DNA of 64,000 bases from Halarcobacter sp. GTDB taxonomy: Bacteria; Campylobacterota; Campylobacteria; Campylobacterales; Arcobacteraceae. The notes under the pieces are model-generated. The model had not been told where the DNA came from and made no database searches. It worked only from the letters and a program-made list of their open reading frames with translations. A program made the translations under genes and the position numbers. The DNA lies in contig CP182352.1 in assembly GCA_048571215.1 (NCBI GenBank), positions 3,040,001 to 3,104,000 of the forward strand, given 5' to 3'. Each line of letters starts with the position of its first letter. Within the stretch, counting starts at the first letter, position 1. Positions 61,901 through 64,000 of the stretch are shown here, in pieces.

Positions 61901-64000
61901 TTCTTCTTTAGTAGGAAGTGATACTTTAAGCTCATTAGTAGATGGAAGTTTAAGTACAAGTGCAACAAGTACAAGTGGAGTAGGGAATAATTATGTCATT
62001 TCAACTTCAAACTTAAGTGATGTAGCGAATGATAACTATACAGTTACCTTTAATGATGGAAAATTAACAATCACACCAAAAGCGATAACAGTATTAGCAG
62101 ATAATCAAACAAAAGTATATGGAGATGCTAATCCAAACTTAACATACTCATTGGCAACAGGTTCTTCTTTAGTAGGAAGTGATACTTTAAGCTCATTAGT
62201 AGATGGAAGTTTAAGTACAAGTGCAACAAGTACAAGTGGAGTAGGGAATAATTATGTCATTTCAACTTCAAACTTAAGTGATGTAGCGAATGATAACTAT
62301 ACAGTTACCTTTAATGATGGAAAATTAACAATCACACCAAAAGCGATAACAGTATTAGCAGATAATCAAACAAAAGTATATGGAGATGCTAATCCAAACT
62401 TAACATACTCATTGGCAACAGGTTCTTCTTTAGTAGGAAGTGATACTTTAAGCTCATTAGTAGATGGAAGTTTAAGTACAAGTGCAACAAGTACAAGTGG
62501 AGTAGGGAATAATTATGTCATTTCAACTTCAAACTTAAGTGATGTAGCGAATGATAACTATACAGTTACCTTTAATGATGGAAAATTAACAATCACACCA
62601 AAAGCGATAACAGTATTAGCAGATAATCAAACAAAAGTATATGGAGATGCTAATCCAAACTTAACATACTCATTGGCAACAGGTTCTTCTTTAGTAGGAA
62701 GTGATACTTTAAGCTCATTAGTAGATGGAAGTTTAAGTACAAGTGCAACAAGTACAAGTGGAGTAGGGAATAATTATGTCATTTCAACTTCAAACTTAAG
62801 TGATGTAGCGAATGATAACTATACAGTTACCTTTAATGATGGAAAATTAACAATCACACCAAAAGCGATAACAGTATTAGCAGATAATCAAACAAAAGTA
62901 TATGGAGATGCTAATCCAAACTTAACATACTCATTGGCAACAGGTTCTTCTTTAGTAGGAAGTGATACTTTAAGCTCATTAGTAGATGGAAGTTTAAGTA
63001 CAAGTGCAACAAGTACAAGTGGAGTAGGGAATAATTATGTCATTTCAACTTCAAACTTAAGTGATGTAGCGAATGATAACTATACAGTTACCTTTAATGA
63101 TGGAAAATTAACAATCACACCAAAAGCGATAACAGTATTAGCAGATAATCAAACAAAAGTATATGGAGATGCTAATCCAAACTTAACATACTCATTGGCA
63201 ACAGGTTCTTCTTTAGTAGGAAGTGATACTTTAAGCTCATTAGTAGATGGAAGTTTAAGTACAAGTGCAACAAGTACAAGTGGAGTAGGGAATAATTATG
63301 TCATTTCAACTTCAAACTTAAGTGATGTAGCGAATGATAACTATACAGTTACCTTTAATGATGGAAAATTAACAATCACACCAAAAGCGATAACAGTATT
63401 AGCAGATAATCAAACAAAAGTATATGGAGATGCTAATCCAAACTTAACATACTCATTGGCAACAGGTTCTTCTTTAGTAGGAAGTGATACTTTAAGCTCA
63501 TTAGTAGATGGAAGTTTAAGTACAAGTGCAACAAGTACAAGTGGAGTAGGGAATAATTATGTCATTTCAACTTCAAACTTAAGTGATGTAGCGAATGATA
63601 ACTATACAGTTACCTTTAATGATGGAAAATTAACAATCACACCAAAAGCGATAACAGTATTAGCAGATAATCAAACAAAAGTATATGGAGATGCTAATCC
63701 AAACTTAACTTATGTAGCAACAGGCTTGATAAATGAAGATACATTAAGTGGAAGTTTAAGTACAGATGCAACAAGTACAAGTGAAGTCGGAATTTATGAT
63801 ATAACTCAAGGTAATTTAGCAAATACTAACTATGATGTTTCATTTACTAAAGGAGAATTAACAGTTTTAGCAAAAAATGAACCAATAAATAAGGTTATTG
63901 CACCAATCCAGAACCAAACAGCAGTTATAAATCAAACACTAGCAAATAATATAATAAACCCTATGACTTCAATATCATCACAATTTATAGTGCCACAACA
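55926..64000 (+). CDS. Giant filamentous-haemagglutinin-type (TpsA-like) exoprotein with GLUG and MBG-type repeats, 3'-truncated by the window (at least 2691 codons)
   Basis: Hand translation gives MNSNYKYKNAFRILKGGKISLVVSALL...APSGGVVTSG...SINWNKFSI...VNFNQP...LNRVVG...NANGQVWILNSNGVLFG (TPS secretion domain). GLUG and 261-bp repeats are in the same frame. It is missing from the ORF track, consistent with no stop before the window end. Confidence 0.9.
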   Translation, partial: MNSNYKYKNAFRILKGGKISLVVSALLTTTSLFSAPSGGVVTSGSATINQSGSVTNINQSSQKASINWNKFSIDKNETVNFNQPNVNSITLNRVVGNERSVINGALNANGQVWILNSNGVLFGKNASINTSGLLATTKNISDLDFQKGNYNFKGDSTSSIINQGTIDINNSGYVVFASNEVQNSGVIKAVKGNVHLVGAKEYSINLNGNSLVNLTVDKGVLDALVKNSGTIIADGGEVYLTTNAVDELLKGVVNNTGVIEANSIDDVTGKVELFAHGGKAEVGGTISATDGFVETSGKDFKILDDAIIKAGEWLIDPVDITIDDSLASTIETALGSGDVTIETTSAGASSVNTSSGESAGDGDITVNSGITWSTNKKLTLKADDEIYVNATIENTNNTNGGVYFQAANTSNKVIFDTNGKVIVNNVYQLQWINQALNGKYELGSNIDASVTKNWDSGKGFNPIGNNLEFTGSFDGLGHTIDSLYINRPNQNYVGLFGYTQNSTIKNIGLTNIDITGNYYVGGLVGYNGYSTISNSYASGSVTGSRDSVGGLVGYNDDSTISNSYASGSVSGDYYVGGLIGCNYDNSSISNSYASGSVSGYYYVGGLVGYNDTSTISNSYASGSVSSESGSFVGGLVGYNDNLSISNSYASGSVSGNYYVGGLIGYNYDNSSISNSYTSGSVSGNYYVGGLVGYNGYSTISNSYTSGSVSSESGSYVGGLVGENYGTITNSFWDIDTTGQTNSSGGGTGIHSSTDTIDAFTKSTYKDFDFTNTWFMIDGETRPFLRMEYSTNITNDHQLQLMAMDLTANYTLAKNITYTGSMWSSRGFNPIGDDSNMFTGGFDGLGHTIDSLYINRPNQNYVGLFGYTKNSTIKNIGLTKVEIKGKNNVGGLVGYNESNGEASTIFNSYTSGSVSGRGENLGGLLGYNYGVYSEINYSYSSANVIGEGSTNRTGGLVGWNHNGASIKNSYATGSVNAQDGVGGLLGSNEEDAIVENSYSIGSVHGTEGSIGGLIGWSDARTTNSYWDTQKSGQTNGIGTNKNNQTATGLTTAQMSYGQIFKDASWDIVVDSSVTSSIPILKYDSVNNKYVWAIAPLALNYTLSDKTRTYNGTQSLSNLYTTSSIFGESYSFLDGDYKFQVSGSDVSEYKNAGTYNNIKVASDSDFLTIKESGNTAGKLTITPKAITVLADNQTKVYGDANPNLTYSLATGSSLVGSDTLSSLVDGSLSTSATSTSGVGNNYVISTSNLSDVANDNYTVTFNDGKLTITPKAITVLADNQTKVYGDANPNLTYSLATGSSLVGSDTLSSLVDGSLSTSATSTSGVGNNYVISTSNLSDVANDNYTVTFNDGKLTITPKAITVLADNQTKVYGDANPNLTYSLATGSSLVGSDTLSSLVDGSLSTSATSTSGVGNNYVISTSNLSDVANDNYTVTFNDGKLTITPKAITVLADNQTKVYGDANPNLTYSLATGSSLVGSDTLSSLVDGSLSTSATSTSGVGNNYVISTSNLSDVANDNYTVTFNDGKLTITPKAITVLADNQTKVYGDANPNLTYSLATGSSLVGSDTLSSLVDGSLSTSATSTSGVGNNYVISTSNLSDVANDNYTVTFNDGKLTITPKAITVLADNQTKVYGDANPNLTYSLATGSSLVGSDTLSSLVDGSLSTSATSTSGVGNNYVISTSNLSDVANDNYTVTFNDGKLTITPKAITVLADNQTKVYGDANPNLTYSLATGSSLVGSDTLSSLVDGSLSTSATSTSGVGNNYVISTSNLSDVANDNYTVTFNDGKLTITPKAITVLADNQTKVYGDANPNLTYSLATGSSLVGSDTLSSLVDGSLSTSATSTSGVGNNYVISTSNLSDVANDNYTVTFNDGKLTITPKAITVLADNQTKVYGDANPNLTYSLATGSSLVGSDTLSSLVDGSLSTSATSTSGVGNNYVISTSNLSDVANDNYTVTFNDGKLTITPKAITVLADNQTKVYGDANPNLTYSLATGSSLVGSDTLSSLVDGSLSTSATSTSGVGNNYVISTSNLSDVANDNYTVTFNDGKLTITPKAITVLADNQTKVYGDANPNLTYSLATGSSLVGSDTLSSLVDGSLSTSATSTSGVGNNYVISTSNLSDVANDNYTVTFNDGKLTITPKAITVLADNQTKVYGDANPNLTYSLATGSSLVGSDTLSSLVDGSLSTSATSTSGVGNNYVISTSNLSDVANDNYTVTFNDGKLTITPKAITVLADNQTKVYGDANPNLTYSLATGSSLVGSDTLSSLVDGSLSTSATSTSGVGNNYVISTSNLSDVANDNYTVTFNDGKLTITPKAITVLADNQTKVYGDANPNLTYSLATGSSLVGSDTLSSLVDGSLSTSATSTSGVGNNYVISTSNLSDVANDNYTVTFNDGKLTITPKAITVLADNQTKVYGDANPNLTYSLATGSSLVGSDTLSSLVDGSLSTSATSTSGVGNNYVISTSNLSDVANDNYTVTFNDGKLTITPKAITVLADNQTKVYGDANPNLTYSLATGSSLVGSDTLSSLVDGSLSTSATSTSGVGNNYVISTSNLSDVANDNYTVTFNDGKLTITPKAITVLADNQTKVYGDANPNLTYVATGLINEDTLSGSLSTDATSTSEVGIYDITQGNLANTNYDVSFTKGELTVLAKNEPINKVIAPIQNQTAVINQTLANNIINPMTSISSQFIVPQ
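57483..58100 (+). repeat. Eight GLUG-motif coding repeats (VGGL[VI]GYN...ISNSY[AT]SGSV)
   Basis: GTAGGAGGATTG at 57483, 57567, 57648, 57732, 57819, 57900, 57984 and 58071. Confidence 0.9.
59448..63709 (+). repeat. 16 apparently identical 261-bp (87-aa) tandem coding repeats plus 86 bp of a 17th, MBG-type domains
   Basis: Unit starts GGAAAATTAACAATC at 59448 + 261n, up to 63624. Unit translation: GKLTITPKAITVLADNQTKVYGDANPNLTYSLATGSSLVGSDTLSSLVDGSLSTSATSTSGVGNNYVISTSNLSDVANDNYTVTFND. Confidence 0.95.

Noticed and set aside
59448..63709. Possible CRISPR array or non-coding satellite
   Set aside because: Units are 261 bp, contiguous, have no unique spacers and are in frame within a protein. 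No cas genes are present.

Overview
This is an AT-rich bacterial chromosome segment. Gene content, the gamma-beta fused urease, the SRP RNA and the adhesin signal peptide all point to Campylobacterota, most likely Arcobacteraceae (inference). About 51 kb is devoted to nitrogen acquisition. (1) The tail of a nif cluster: a flavoprotein fragment, nifT, nifA, a Tpx-like protein without its catalytic Cys, a SIR2-like protein, a second clpX, a GNAT and a sigma54-driven ferredoxin. (2) A cluster of two-component genes and urtABCDE. (3) A TRAP + HpxW-like amidohydrolase + TauE operon. (4) allA-ureD and an MFS transporter. (5) A PotABCD-like ABC transporter with guanidinobutyrase, an NCS1 permease, an ALDH, a decayed MBL hydrolase, gabT and an AraC regulator. 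(6) A polar amino-acid-type ABC transporter divergent from gntR-puuE-alc-allA-glcB. (7) ureAB-C-E-F-G. After these come marR and tetR around a deleted efflux operon remnant, a DedA/YqaA gene, the SRP RNA, a 7TM-DISM kinase/regulator pair, and a giant filamentous-haemagglutinin-type gene (over 2690 codons, absent from the ORF track) with GLUG repeats and 16 apparently identical 261-bp MBG-type repeats. The main observations are a candidate oxamate-as-nitrogen-source module, a candidate post-translational nif control cassette, four families of regulatory motifs readable directly from the sequence, a coupled leader ORF and two cryptic pseudogenes. All homology calls are from recalled motifs; no searches were run.
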